The notes under the pieces are model-generated. The model made no database searches. It was given only the letters and a program-made list of their open reading frames with translations, and was not told the DNA's origin. From Candidatus Berkelbacteria bacterium (GTDB lineage Bacteria > Patescibacteriota > UBA1384 > 2-12-FULL-50-11), in assembly GCA_016432625.1 (NCBI GenBank), contig CP066697.1:458561-522560 (forward strand): a stretch of DNA of 64,000 nucleotides. Reading direction: 5' to 3'. Positions 28,613-38,344 of the stretch are shown in pieces (positions within the stretch are counted from its first letter, which is position 1; the number at the start of each line of letters is the position of its first letter). The position numbers and the translations under genes were made by a program.

Positions 28613-30511
28613 ATGGAGACAATTCAACCAAACTACGACACTATTAAAATCGGTCGGCACGATCGCTTAGTCGATCGGTACGCTGAGAGCGAAGTCCACG
28701 CCTTGGAGAGCAAGGGACAAAACTGTGTGATCGCCGTGACGGTCGAGATTGATAACCCCTGGCATCACGCCCGTGAGTACGGCCGTCAAATTATCACCGC
28801 ATTAGTGCGAGAATTCGTCCGAGCTGAAAGTTCTTCTAATTTAATTCGTTTCGAGCAGTCGCTGAAGGCAACGAACAGTATAATCAAGCAAGCCAAAGAA
28901 AAGCTAAACGTCCCGGTAAACTGTGTTGTCGCCCTGCTAATCAACGAGGAAGTCCATTTTGCTGTTGCAGGCAACAATAAATTGCTCCTGTGGCGAAACG
29001 GCGACGTGACCGATGCCACAAGCGGCGGCTTGGAGACTGAAGAGCAGTTCTCAAGTGTTACTAGCGGTGACCTCAATGAGGGTGAATGGTTGATGCTTGC
29101 TAATAAACCACTCTCTCATTTTCTCGAAAATAACGAGCAAGAAATCTGGTCCGACGACGACTCGGAGGCAATAAGCGCAGCGATTGTTGAGTTATCACCT
29201 GTCGGAGAACGAGAGAGCTTTACGGGCATTCTGCTGCGTTATGCGCCTGGCAAACTGCACCGCGAGCTTTCTGTCATGTGGGATACACTGGAGCATCTTA
29301 CGCCGATTAAGTTACCGCGATTTAAATTTCCTAACTTACCGCTCAGCGATACGGCCGCCGTTGTAGCTGGCTCGTCTCGCGCCTCGTGGGAATTTGTTAA
29401 AAAACTTATCAGCAAGATTAAAGAGCGAGGGAGCAAAAGAGCAGAGAACTCTTCGTTTGACTTGGGGAGCAACGGGTTCAAGCTGCCACGGCTATCATTA
29501 CCGAAGTTTAATATCCGCTCGCGCATTCAAATAATCGCTGCCGTAATCCTGGTGGCTCTAATTATCGTTGGGGTGCGGACGATTGTTTCCCGCGTGAACT
29601 CGACGAAAGAAGAACAAAAAGCGCCCAATCTGGCAGAGCAACTTGTCGCAACGCCAGTTGGTCAGCGTATCTTGTTCTTAAACGACAGATTCTCACTCGA
29701 AGAGTACAACGCTCTAAGTGGCGACCAAAAACAAACTTTCGCCCAAGCATTAGCAGCCGAGAGTGTCTCGCCGCTGATATTGAACGATCTAGTGAGCGAG
29801 CTCGAGACACCAGTTAAGGCTATCGATAGCCTTAACGACGTTCTAGCTGTGGTCGATACCTCCGGGCAGGTGTGGCTAATTAAAGAAGGACAGGCAATTA
29901 AGGTTGAGCAGACCGTAAAAATTGCCGACCCAATATCTATCGCCATTGTCGCTGAGGACCGGATACTTGTTAGCGATAAAACTGGCAACATTTGGCTTCT
30001 CGACGCTACTCCATCACAACCCCTAACACTGCCGTTACAAGCAGCGGTCTCTAGCGGGCCAAAATTACTGCAAAAATTCAACCGGAACGTTTATGTTTAC
30101 CACCAAGCATCTAACACTATTTATAGACAAGTTAACTTCGATAAAGACCTGAATGGTCTTAAGGCACTACTGAAAGACGACCTACTGACGCTGGCTTTGG
30201 CCGATTTCGCAATTAACGGCCGCGTTGTAGCACTTGACGTGAACGGCAAAGTATCTAGTTTTGCTGCCGGCAAGCTCGAAAGCCAACAGCTCACCGTGCC
30301 CGTTCAGGAGGGGGCGCACCTAACGAGCGTCGAGACAAACAGCAAAATTTTCGTACTCTCTGGCGGCGTGCTGTACATCGCTGACGACAAAGGGGTTTTG
30401 CAGCAATCTATCTTCCCGCTGGTAGATTCGGTAGAGGATATTGTTCTTGACGGGTCAGGCAAAACGCTCTGGCTCGCGACAGGTAAAAAAATCTATCGCT
30501 TTACGATTTAG
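28613..30511 (+). CDS. Membrane protein: cytoplasmic PP2C-like (probably inactive) domain, one TM, extracytoplasmic beta-propeller-like repeats
   Basis: PP2C-like stretch CVVALLINEEVHFAVAGNNKLLLWRNGDV with GNN replacing the metal-binding GDS. TM around aa 305-325. Repeated DxxGxxWL blades in the C-terminus. Track start 28604 is TTG; first ATG is 28613. Confidence 0.45.
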   Translation: METIQPNYDTIKIGRHDRLVDRYAESEVHALESKGQNCVIAVTVEIDNPWHHAREYGRQIITALVREFVRAESSSNLIRFEQSLKATNSIIKQAKEKLNVPVNCVVALLINEEVHFAVAGNNKLLLWRNGDVTDATSGGLETEEQFSSVTSGDLNEGEWLMLANKPLSHFLENNEQEIWSDDDSEAISAAIVELSPVGERESFTGILLRYAPGKLHRELSVMWDTLEHLTPIKLPRFKFPNLPLSDTAAVVAGSSRASWEFVKKLISKIKERGSKRAENSSFDLGSNGFKLPRLSLPKFNIRSRIQIIAAVILVALIIVGVRTIVSRVNSTKEEQKAPNLAEQLVATPVGQRILFLNDRFSLEEYNALSGDQKQTFAQALAAESVSPLILNDLVSELETPVKAIDSLNDVLAVVDTSGQVWLIKEGQAIKVEQTVKIADPISIAIVAEDRILVSDKTGNIWLLDATPSQPLTLPLQAAVSSGPKLLQKFNRNVYVYHQASNTIYRQVNFDKDLNGLKALLKDDLLTLALADFAINGRVVALDVNGKVSSFAAGKLESQQLTVPVQEGAHLTSVETNSKIFVLSGGVLYIADDKGVLQQSIFPLVDSVEDIVLDGSGKTLWLATGKKIYRFTI

Positions 30512-32111
30512 GCGATTCGTCACGCACCATTCTGGACGGAGCGCTGATACCAATGAGGTCGAGAGTTTTTTTGATAGTTAAACTGGTCGCTTTTAAAATC
30601 GCCAGCCTAGACTGAGCAATCAAAGGCTCCTCGCCTTGAACCCGTAGTCGCTCGTAAAAAGCGTGGAGATCTGTGGCTAACGCGGTGGCGTAGTGAGTCA
30701 GCTTGTGAACCTCTAAATCTCCAGCGATGTCCTCAACCAGATCTGGAAATCGTACGATCCGGAGCAACAGCTGGCGTTCTAATGGGTCGGTGATGATGAT
30801 TTTTTCGGGCACTTCGAACTCCTCGGTTTTAGAGAATTGGCGGAAGATTGAGCTGATCCTGGCGTAGGCATATTGGATGTAGAAAACCGGGTTTTGTGAC
30901 GAAGCGGAGCGAGCTAAATCTAGATCGAAATCAAGATGGCTGTCGACACTCCGGCTCAAGAAGAAAAAGCGAGCCACGTCCGGCCCCACTTGCTCGATAA
31001 GTTCATCGAGCGGCACGTATGTTCCGGCCCGTTTCGACATTTTAATTTCCTTACCCTTTTCAATCAGCTTCACAATTTGGGTGATGACCCAATCGACTTT
31101 ACCTGCCCAGGTGTAATGGCTGCGGAGAATCCCCTCGATAATCATGTTCATTTGCCGGGCGTAGGTGTGGTGGTCGGCGCCAAGTACCGTTATAAGGCGA
31201 TGATAGCCCCGAGCAATTTTATAGTTATGGTAAGCAATATCAGAAGCAAAGTAGGTGTCCTCGCCATCCGATTTAGTCAGTACCCGATCTTTGTCATCAC
31301 CGAACCGCGTCGTCGAAATCCAGGTCGCTCCCTCCGCCTCATAGGTGAAGCCGTGCAGCTTAAGAAGCTCCATGGTCTTCTTGAAAACCCCGGTCTGGTA
31401 GAGCGAAGCTTCTGAAAAGAACTGATGAAAATCAATACCTAAGCCACGCAACGTTGGCTTAATCATCTCCTCCATGATAATCATGGCTGCCTTCTCGCCA
31501 GCTGCCCGGTCATTACCATCTTTAATTCTTTTGCGGAGCTCCTCGACGTAAATGCCCGAATACTGCTTCTCAGGATCTTTAGGATTCAAAATTGAATGGC
31601 CAAGAGCATCGACTTGGACGCCGCGATCGTTAACGTAATACTCGCGCATCACCGTGCACCCATAAAGTTCGAGGACTTTAGCAATAGACTCCCCAACAAA
31701 TGCACCCCGCCCATTGGCAAGCGTTAACGGGCCGGTCGGATTGGCGGAAACAAATTCCAAGAGTACCCGAATCTCCTTGCCAAGATCGCTACGGCCAAAT
31801 GCCTCAGGGCGCCTGATAACCTCCTTCACTACTTCCGTCAGGTACTCATCAGTTACCGTGACGTTAATAAAGCCTGGCGTTGTGACAGAGACGGCCTTAA
31901 ATATCTCGGTACTTTCTAGTTCCTGGACGATTCTCTGCGCCACCTGCATCGGCGATGACTGTAAGTCAGTGGCTGAAACCATAGCGACGTTGCTAGAAAA
32001 ATCTCCAAACATACGATGCCGTGAGAATTCGATGTCAAACTTTGGCGGTTCCTGATTAAAGGCCTTAACAAAAGCTCTCCGCACAACTTGGTGGACCTGC
32101 CCGATGATCAT
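30501..32111 (-). CDS. argS: Arginyl-tRNA synthetase
   Basis: SANPTGPL(HIGH-like) and KMSKR motifs; ArgRS N-terminal domain. Confidence 0.9.
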   Translation of the reverse strand: MIIGQVHQVVRRAFVKAFNQEPPKFDIEFSRHRMFGDFSSNVAMVSATDLQSSPMQVAQRIVQELESTEIFKAVSVTTPGFINVTVTDEYLTEVVKEVIRRPEAFGRSDLGKEIRVLLEFVSANPTGPLTLANGRGAFVGESIAKVLELYGCTVMREYYVNDRGVQVDALGHSILNPKDPEKQYSGIYVEELRKRIKDGNDRAAGEKAAMIIMEEMIKPTLRGLGIDFHQFFSEASLYQTGVFKKTMELLKLHGFTYEAEGATWISTTRFGDDKDRVLTKSDGEDTYFASDIAYHNYKIARGYHRLITVLGADHHTYARQMNMIIEGILRSHYTWAGKVDWVITQIVKLIEKGKEIKMSKRAGTYVPLDELIEQVGPDVARFFFLSRSVDSHLDFDLDLARSASSQNPVFYIQYAYARISSIFRQFSKTEEFEVPEKIIITDPLERQLLLRIVRFPDLVEDIAGDLEVHKLTHYATALATDLHAFYERLRVQGEEPLIAQSRLAILKATSLTIKKTLDLIGISAPSRMVRDESPKS

Positions 32112-32282
32112 ATTGAATCCGCTCTATACAAACAGAAAGATGAATCTGCCGTCACTAAGCCTTGTGAAATATTTATTAACAGATATGACATGAAAAATTT
32201 TCTCAATCCTTGCGGGAAAAGTGGAAATTCAAACAAATTGTAGCACTTTCAGCACTAATTTCTAATAACAACGTATCTTGGC

Positions 32283-32819
32283 CTAGTCGCCGACGAAGTA
32301 GTTGTAGGTATTAGGATCTTGGCAGTTATCGTAAGCCGCGCCGCCGAATGTTTCCGTCCAGGTTACGCCGCCACGGCAGTTTTCTTGCCTCTGGCTTGAA
32401 GATAGCGTCTTTTCCAAACGAGCCTTTAGTCGGAAGTGCTTACCGATCACATCAGACTCATTTGACAGGTTAAACTGGTAAGGGAAGCTGCCGTCTTTTG
32501 GCTCTTTTGGGATAGTCGCCAGAAATTCACTGAAGGCGCCGCAATCGTCAGTGTAACCCTCAAGTTCAGAGACGGGATGCCATTCGTTGGCGTTCTGAAC
32601 ATCTTCAAAGCCTGGGTAGCGGTTACGGGAAGCAGCAGGGCAGGTCTTGGCCTCGTATCGCGCCTTGAATGTTACGGCTAAAGCCGTTAGATCTGAGCGT
32701 CGAGCCGCGTCACGTGCCTGCCGCTGAGCCTGGCTAATCACATAGAAGGTCAGCGAGGCCAAGGTGCCGATGACAGCAATGACCGTTAGTGATTCGATTA
32801 AGGTAAATCCCCTCTTCAT
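32283..32819 (-). CDS. Orphan type IV pilin-like protein (MKRG|FTLIESL), Cys-containing
   Basis: Prepilin leader; located away from the main pilus locus, between argS and tyrS. Confidence 0.65.
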   Translation of the reverse strand: MKRGFTLIESLTVIAVIGTLASLTFYVISQAQRQARDAARRSDLTALAVTFKARYEAKTCPAASRNRYPGFEDVQNANEWHPVSELEGYTDDCGAFSEFLATIPKEPKDGSFPYQFNLSNESDVIGKHFRLKARLEKTLSSSQRQENCRGGVTWTETFGGAAYDNCQDPNTYNYFVGD

Positions 32820-32828
32820 ATTTAAATA

Positions 32829-34019
32829 TTAGGCCTCTTTAACCAACTCGTAAAACCGGTGCTTGCCAATTTGTAGCCGATGAGTAGCGCCGGAAACGTC
32901 CACCGTTAGATTAGCGTCGGCAACAACCTGGCCATCAAGTTTAACGCCGCCTTGGTCAATTAATCTTGCCGCTTCAGAGGCGCTGACACCCGACGCGTGC
33001 TTGACCGCTTCAAGAATCGTAATAGAAGTGACACCGCTAATAAGGACCTCGTTAGCTAGCTCCGAGACTACTTCGCCTTTACTGAAGGCTCTATCGAAAT
33101 TTTGCGCTGCCAGGTTAGCGACCTCCACACCATGATAAAGTTCAACAATTTTTTTAGCCACCGCTACCTTCTTGTCACGCGGGTGCTCTGGCAATCCCGA
33201 TCGCTCACTCTCGTTCATTAATGCTGCGAGCTCGGCGTAAGAATCTGTTAACTTGTCAGGGATACTCATTACTTTCCCGAACATCTCGTGAGGCGGTTCA
33301 GTCAGCCCGACATAGTTGCCGTAAGATTTGCTCATCTTACGCTCTCCGTCAACGCCGAGCAGCGGCTTAGTGACAACGATCTCCTGCGGTGTCTGGCCAA
33401 ATTTATTCTGAAGCTCTCGCCCCATTAACAAGTTAAGCCGTTGATCCCAGCCACCGATTTCGACGTCTGCTTCCATCTCAACGGAATCAATGCCTTGAGT
33501 AACTGGGTAAAATAGTTCGTGGAGTGCCAGGGGTTGATTGTTTTTAATCCGCTCAGAAAAATCCTCACGTTCTAATAATGTCTGCAGGCTTACCTGCGTC
33601 GCTATCTTAATAAAATCAGCGTACGACTTTTTAGAGAGCCACTCTGAATTGAACCTAACTTCGGTCTTTTCTGGATCGATAATGAGCTTGGCCTGACTAA
33701 TGTATGTTTCCATATTGGCCTTTATTTCGTCCTCGCTTAGCACTGGGCGCGTTGCGCTTCGCCCTGAGGGATCGCCGATCATCGTCGTAAAATCACCAAT
33801 TAACAAAACGGTATGGTGGCCTAGTTCTTGAAACTGCCGCAGTTTGCGTAAAGCGATCGCGTGTCCGAGATGAAGGTCGGGTGTTGTTGGATCGACACCG
33901 AATTTTACCTTAAGCGGTTTTCCCGCAGACAAGCGGCGACGTAAACTATCCTGGTCAATAATCTCTGCGACGCCGTAGGTAAAAACTTCTGATTCGAGAT
34001 TATTATCGTCTGAGGCCAT
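32829..34019 (-). CDS. tyrS: Tyrosyl-tRNA synthetase
   Basis: HLGH and KMSKS motifs; C-terminal S4 domain. Confidence 0.9.
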   Translation of the reverse strand: MASDDNNLESEVFTYGVAEIIDQDSLRRRLSAGKPLKVKFGVDPTTPDLHLGHAIALRKLRQFQELGHHTVLLIGDFTTMIGDPSGRSATRPVLSEDEIKANMETYISQAKLIIDPEKTEVRFNSEWLSKKSYADFIKIATQVSLQTLLEREDFSERIKNNQPLALHELFYPVTQGIDSVEMEADVEIGGWDQRLNLLMGRELQNKFGQTPQEIVVTKPLLGVDGERKMSKSYGNYVGLTEPPHEMFGKVMSIPDKLTDSYAELAALMNESERSGLPEHPRDKKVAVAKKIVELYHGVEVANLAAQNFDRAFSKGEVVSELANEVLISGVTSITILEAVKHASGVSASEAARLIDQGGVKLDGQVVADANLTVDVSGATHRLQIGKHRFYELVKEA

Positions 34020-34186
34020 GACCGTCTTAGTATACCCATATCACCGACGGGATTGAAAATCCCTGTCGCAAACACGTCTCGCGACAATCACTGCAGTAGG
34101 TGTCCGCGACTTCACAACGCTCTATATCCCTGTAAAATTAATGCTGTCCATAGAACTGACTCATCAATGGTCCGTTCACAGACACC

Positions 34187-37027
34187 ATGAAGCTAAAAGT
34201 GCCAAAAATAAGTCTAAGGAATCCGTTCAAAAATCCGATCGGCCTAAAAAAGCTACACCAGAAGTTTTTCGGCAAAAAAAGCCGGCGTTTCAGCTGGAAG
34301 CAAGCCGGCATCGTCGCTTTATGGGGCGCGGGGATATTTGTGCTCATCGCGATATTCCTGTTCGCATGGTTTGCCAAAGATTTACCGACGCCGAATAAGA
34401 TTCGAGACCTAGTTTCCGTCGGCTCAACACGGCTCTACGACCGGAATATGAAACCGCTTTATACGATTTCCGGCGATAAAAAACGGATTCTAATCGAGAA
34501 CAAAGACATACCCGAAGTCGCGAAACAAGCGACAATCGCCCTAGAAGATCGCGATTTTTATAAGCACGTCGGTCTAGATTTCACAGGGATATTGCGAGCG
34601 GTCTTTGTTGATATCGCCAGGCGAGATCTGAGCCAAGGCGGTTCAACACTGACTCAGCAGCTCGCTAAGAACGCCATCTTAACAAGAGAGAAAAGCTTTG
34701 TTCGTAAGATTAAGGAAGCAATTTTAGCGATCGAGATGGAAGTACTGTTTTCCAAAGAAGAGATTCTGACGATGTACTTTAATCAAATGCCGTACGGCGG
34801 CACCAACTACGGGATCGAAGCAGCAAGTCGTTCGTTCTTCAACAAATCCGCCAAGGACTTAACCCTCGACGAAGCTGCCACCTTAGCCGCACTGTTGCAA
34901 CGACCAAGCAGTTTGTCTCCATACGGACCAAATGTTGATCAATTAATTGACCGGAGAAATTACACGCTCGACGCGATGGTCGGGATGTCGTTCATCACCA
35001 AAGAGCAGGCAGAAGAAGCTAAGAAAGTGACACCAAAATTCGCTGCCCGCAAGGACTCGATAACTGCGCCGCATTTTGTCCAGTTTGTTCAAGATTGGTT
35101 GGTGGAGTATTTCACTAAAGAGTTAGGCGACAAACAGCTCGCTGAACAGAAGGTGGAAGAGGGCGGTTTAACTGTCGTGACAACCCTTGATCTAGATAAA
35201 CAGCTAATCGCTGAGGAAATCTTAAGTACAGCTAGCGAAAAGACGCTCAAACGAGCCGGCGCTTCAAACGCAGCGTTGGTCTCGATAGATCCAAAGCGCG
35301 GCGAGATCGTTTCAATGGTTGGTTCGGTTGACTACTTCCAAGAGCAATTCGGTAACTTCAACGTCGCTACAGCCGAACGCCAACCAGGTTCCTCATTTAA
35401 GCCGGTCGTTTACGCCGCAGCGTTCAAAGAAAAGTTCCATCCCGGCTACACAATTTTTGATCTGGAGACTGACTTCGGTAAGTACAAACCGCAAAACTAC
35501 GATGGCCACTCGCGCGGACCGCTAACAATCCGCCAGGCGCTTGGTAACTCCTTGAATGTTCCGGCCGTTAAAACTTTGGCGCTAATCGGCCTCGATAAGG
35601 CTCTGAACACTGCCCATGATATGGGGATAACTACTTTGAACGACAAGAATCGTTACGGTCTCTCCTTAGTGCTCGGCGGCGGCGAGGTAAAGCTTGTCGA
35701 TCTGACTACGGCTTACGGGGTGTTCGCCAATAACGGCACACTAATGCCAACAACGCCGATACTCAAAATAACTGACTCCCAAGGTAAAGAGATCTACAAC
35801 CATGAGGATCCAAAAGACGGCCGACAGGTTCTGGATCCAAAAATCGCCTACCAAGTTACCAGCATCTTGAGTGATACGGAGGCAAAAAAGCCAACCTTCT
35901 CAAGAGTAATGGGGTCTTTAACCTTGAATGGCCGGCCGGCTGCTTCGAAAACTGGCACAACCAACGCTTATCGCGACGCCTGGACGCTCGGTTATACCCC
36001 GCAGTTTGTCACCGGTGTTTGGGCAGGGAATAACGACAATAGCTCGATGAATAACGCCGGAGGCTCAATCGCCGCCGCACCGATTTGGGACGAGTATATG
36101 GAACGGATTCACAAAGACCTGCCAGTAGAACAGTTCAGTCGTCCCCAAGGCCTAGAGGAGATGGAAGTCGCTCGCTATTCTAGCCTTCTTCCAACTTCAG
36201 CAACCCAAGAAAAAGTTAAAGATTTGGTCGCGCCGTGGCAAAAACCGACCGAGCAAGATAGCGCCGTGGCAAAAATAAGAGTTTGCCGCGAAAACGGCTT
36301 ACTGGCTGACGAGAGCATCCCCGACAGTCTGACCGAAGACCGGATCTACGCGAATATCCACTCCGAAAAACCCAATGACCCACAATGGGAAGGGCCGGTC
36401 CAGGCTTGGGCGAGAGCCAACGGGTTTGTTAATACACCGCCGACAGGAAAGTGTCAGGTTGATGGCAGCGAACCAACGGTCAAAATCACTTCTCCTTCAA
36501 ACGGTAGTGGCGTTGGTGGCGTCTTTACGGTCGTAGCCTCAGCCTCGGCGCCTAGTGGCGTCAGGGCAGTTGATTTCTCAATTGACGGTAGTGTCTTCTT
36601 CACTGCTACCGAATCGCCGTACCAGGCCTCCTATAATGCGGCGAATTTAACGAGCGGTACCCACACTATCAATGTCCTAATGACAAGCAACAACGGATCG
36701 ACCCGTTCCGATCAGATAACTGTCACCGTCAGCAATGACACTACGGCACCGGGAGAGGTCACGAATTATGGCGGCTCCCAAAGCGGTTTGCCGTCAGGCT
36801 CGGTCAAACTAACCTGGATAAACCCTGGCGACGCCGACCTAAAAGCCGTCAAGATTTATACGTACCGCAACGGCGTGACCTTGGAACGAACAAATGAGGT
36901 TGGCGTACCAACTCAAACACTAACATTAACGGGGCTCACGCCTGGGATTTACAACTTCGTCGCTAAAACTCTCGACAACAGCGGTAACGAGTCGGCCGGA
37001 GTGACAATCATTCTCAACATCGTCTAA
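34187..37027 (+). CDS. mrcA: Class A penicillin-binding protein (PBP1A) with C-terminal Ig/Fn3-like extension
   Basis: Glycosyltransferase 51 motifs (EDRDFY, GGSTLTQQ); transpeptidase SxxK/SxN/KTG; ~250-aa repeat-rich tail. Confidence 0.85.
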   Translation: MKLKVPKISLRNPFKNPIGLKKLHQKFFGKKSRRFSWKQAGIVALWGAGIFVLIAIFLFAWFAKDLPTPNKIRDLVSVGSTRLYDRNMKPLYTISGDKKRILIENKDIPEVAKQATIALEDRDFYKHVGLDFTGILRAVFVDIARRDLSQGGSTLTQQLAKNAILTREKSFVRKIKEAILAIEMEVLFSKEEILTMYFNQMPYGGTNYGIEAASRSFFNKSAKDLTLDEAATLAALLQRPSSLSPYGPNVDQLIDRRNYTLDAMVGMSFITKEQAEEAKKVTPKFAARKDSITAPHFVQFVQDWLVEYFTKELGDKQLAEQKVEEGGLTVVTTLDLDKQLIAEEILSTASEKTLKRAGASNAALVSIDPKRGEIVSMVGSVDYFQEQFGNFNVATAERQPGSSFKPVVYAAAFKEKFHPGYTIFDLETDFGKYKPQNYDGHSRGPLTIRQALGNSLNVPAVKTLALIGLDKALNTAHDMGITTLNDKNRYGLSLVLGGGEVKLVDLTTAYGVFANNGTLMPTTPILKITDSQGKEIYNHEDPKDGRQVLDPKIAYQVTSILSDTEAKKPTFSRVMGSLTLNGRPAASKTGTTNAYRDAWTLGYTPQFVTGVWAGNNDNSSMNNAGGSIAAAPIWDEYMERIHKDLPVEQFSRPQGLEEMEVARYSSLLPTSATQEKVKDLVAPWQKPTEQDSAVAKIRVCRENGLLADESIPDSLTEDRIYANIHSEKPNDPQWEGPVQAWARANGFVNTPPTGKCQVDGSEPTVKITSPSNGSGVGGVFTVVASASAPSGVRAVDFSIDGSVFFTATESPYQASYNAANLTSGTHTINVLMTSNNGSTRSDQITVTVSNDTTAPGEVTNYGGSQSGLPSGSVKLTWINPGDADLKAVKIYTYRNGVTLERTNEVGVPTQTLTLTGLTPGIYNFVAKTLDNSGNESAGVTIILNIV

Positions 37028-37037
37028 AAGTAAACGT

Positions 37038-38342
37038 CTAGCGCTTAGCCTCAAACAAATTTGGTAATTGCTGGATAGTCTTAATCTCTTTTCCGAGCAC
37101 GTATTTTAATCGATCGACCTCTTTAGCTCGTTGCGAATGATTAACTGGTCGTCGAATTTCTCCAAGCAAGCCGACTTCTCCGACTAACGCCAGGCGCGGC
37201 GGAATGGCCCTCTGTGTGATTCCTGAAGCGATGGCTGCCGCAATCGCTAGGTCGATGCCCGTATCTTTGACAGTAAAACCGCCGACCACATTAACGTAGA
37301 TATCGTACTGGCTAGTAGGTAGTCCGAGACGGTTTTCGAGCACCGCGACCAAGAGGTTGAGACGCCCTAGATCAATCCCCTGTGCCGTGCGCTTTGGATA
37401 ACCGAACGCTGTCTTAGTAACCAAGGCCTGAATTTCGATAAGGAAAGCGCGTGAGCCTTCTAAGGTCACGCTGATTGCCCGGCCGGGAATGTCTGGCGTG
37501 ACAATGCTTGCAAAGAGTTTGCCTGGATCTTCGACTGGCTCAAAGCCCACGCCAGTTAGTTGCCAGATCCCAACTTCATCGGTAGAACCAAAGCGATTCT
37601 TCTCACAACGCAAAACCCGCAATCCCGTTTGCTTCTCACCCTCGAGGTACATCACTACATCCACCAGGTGCTCCAAGACCTTTGGACCGGCGATGACACC
37701 CTCTTTAGTAACGTGCCCCACGAGCAAGATCGCGATACCTTCTTGTTTGGCAAATTGCTGTAAACGCCAACAGTTCTCCCGCACCTGAACCATAGAGCCG
37801 GGCGTGCCAGGAATAGCGTCGTCGTATACCGTTTGGATTGAATCAATAATTGCAAAACTTGGCCTGGTTTCGACTAGTGTGCGCATGATACTCGGCAGCC
37901 GACGTTCGGCAGAAATTTTCAGTTCACTTTTAGCAAGACCCAGTCGAACTGCGCGCAAACGAAGCTGCTCTAAAGACTCTTCGGCCGAAAAGTACAACGC
38001 CCCAGTGACCGAATGCGCCACCTGTAGAAGTAGCGTGCTCTTACCCACGCCGGGATTGCCCGCCAAAAGTATGATCGATCCTTTGACGATTCCCGGATCA
38101 CTCGAACCGAGCACGCGGTCAAATTCGTCAGAGTTGGTGTGGAGACGTTGCGCCGTAGCCTTGGGTAGATTTTTAATACTAACCAGCTCGGCAGTGGGAG
38201 CATTAGCGGTTTGCTCGGTAGTCGCGTCGACTTGTTGCTCAACGATCGTATTCCACTCTCCACAGTTTGGGCAACGACCACTCCAGCGATTTACCTGCTG
38301 CTGACAACTTAAACAAACGAATAGTGTTCTAGACTTTGCCAT
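37038..38342 (-). CDS. radA: DNA repair protein RadA/Sms
   Basis: N-terminal C4 zinc finger, RecA-like Walker A GNPGVGKST, Lon-like C-terminus. Confidence 0.9.
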   Translation of the reverse strand: MAKSRTLFVCLSCQQQVNRWSGRCPNCGEWNTIVEQQVDATTEQTANAPTAELVSIKNLPKATAQRLHTNSDEFDRVLGSSDPGIVKGSIILLAGNPGVGKSTLLLQVAHSVTGALYFSAEESLEQLRLRAVRLGLAKSELKISAERRLPSIMRTLVETRPSFAIIDSIQTVYDDAIPGTPGSMVQVRENCWRLQQFAKQEGIAILLVGHVTKEGVIAGPKVLEHLVDVVMYLEGEKQTGLRVLRCEKNRFGSTDEVGIWQLTGVGFEPVEDPGKLFASIVTPDIPGRAISVTLEGSRAFLIEIQALVTKTAFGYPKRTAQGIDLGRLNLLVAVLENRLGLPTSQYDIYVNVVGGFTVKDTGIDLAIAAAIASGITQRAIPPRLALVGEVGLLGEIRRPVNHSQRAKEVDRLKYVLGKEIKTIQQLPNLFEAKR

Positions 38343-38344
38343 TT

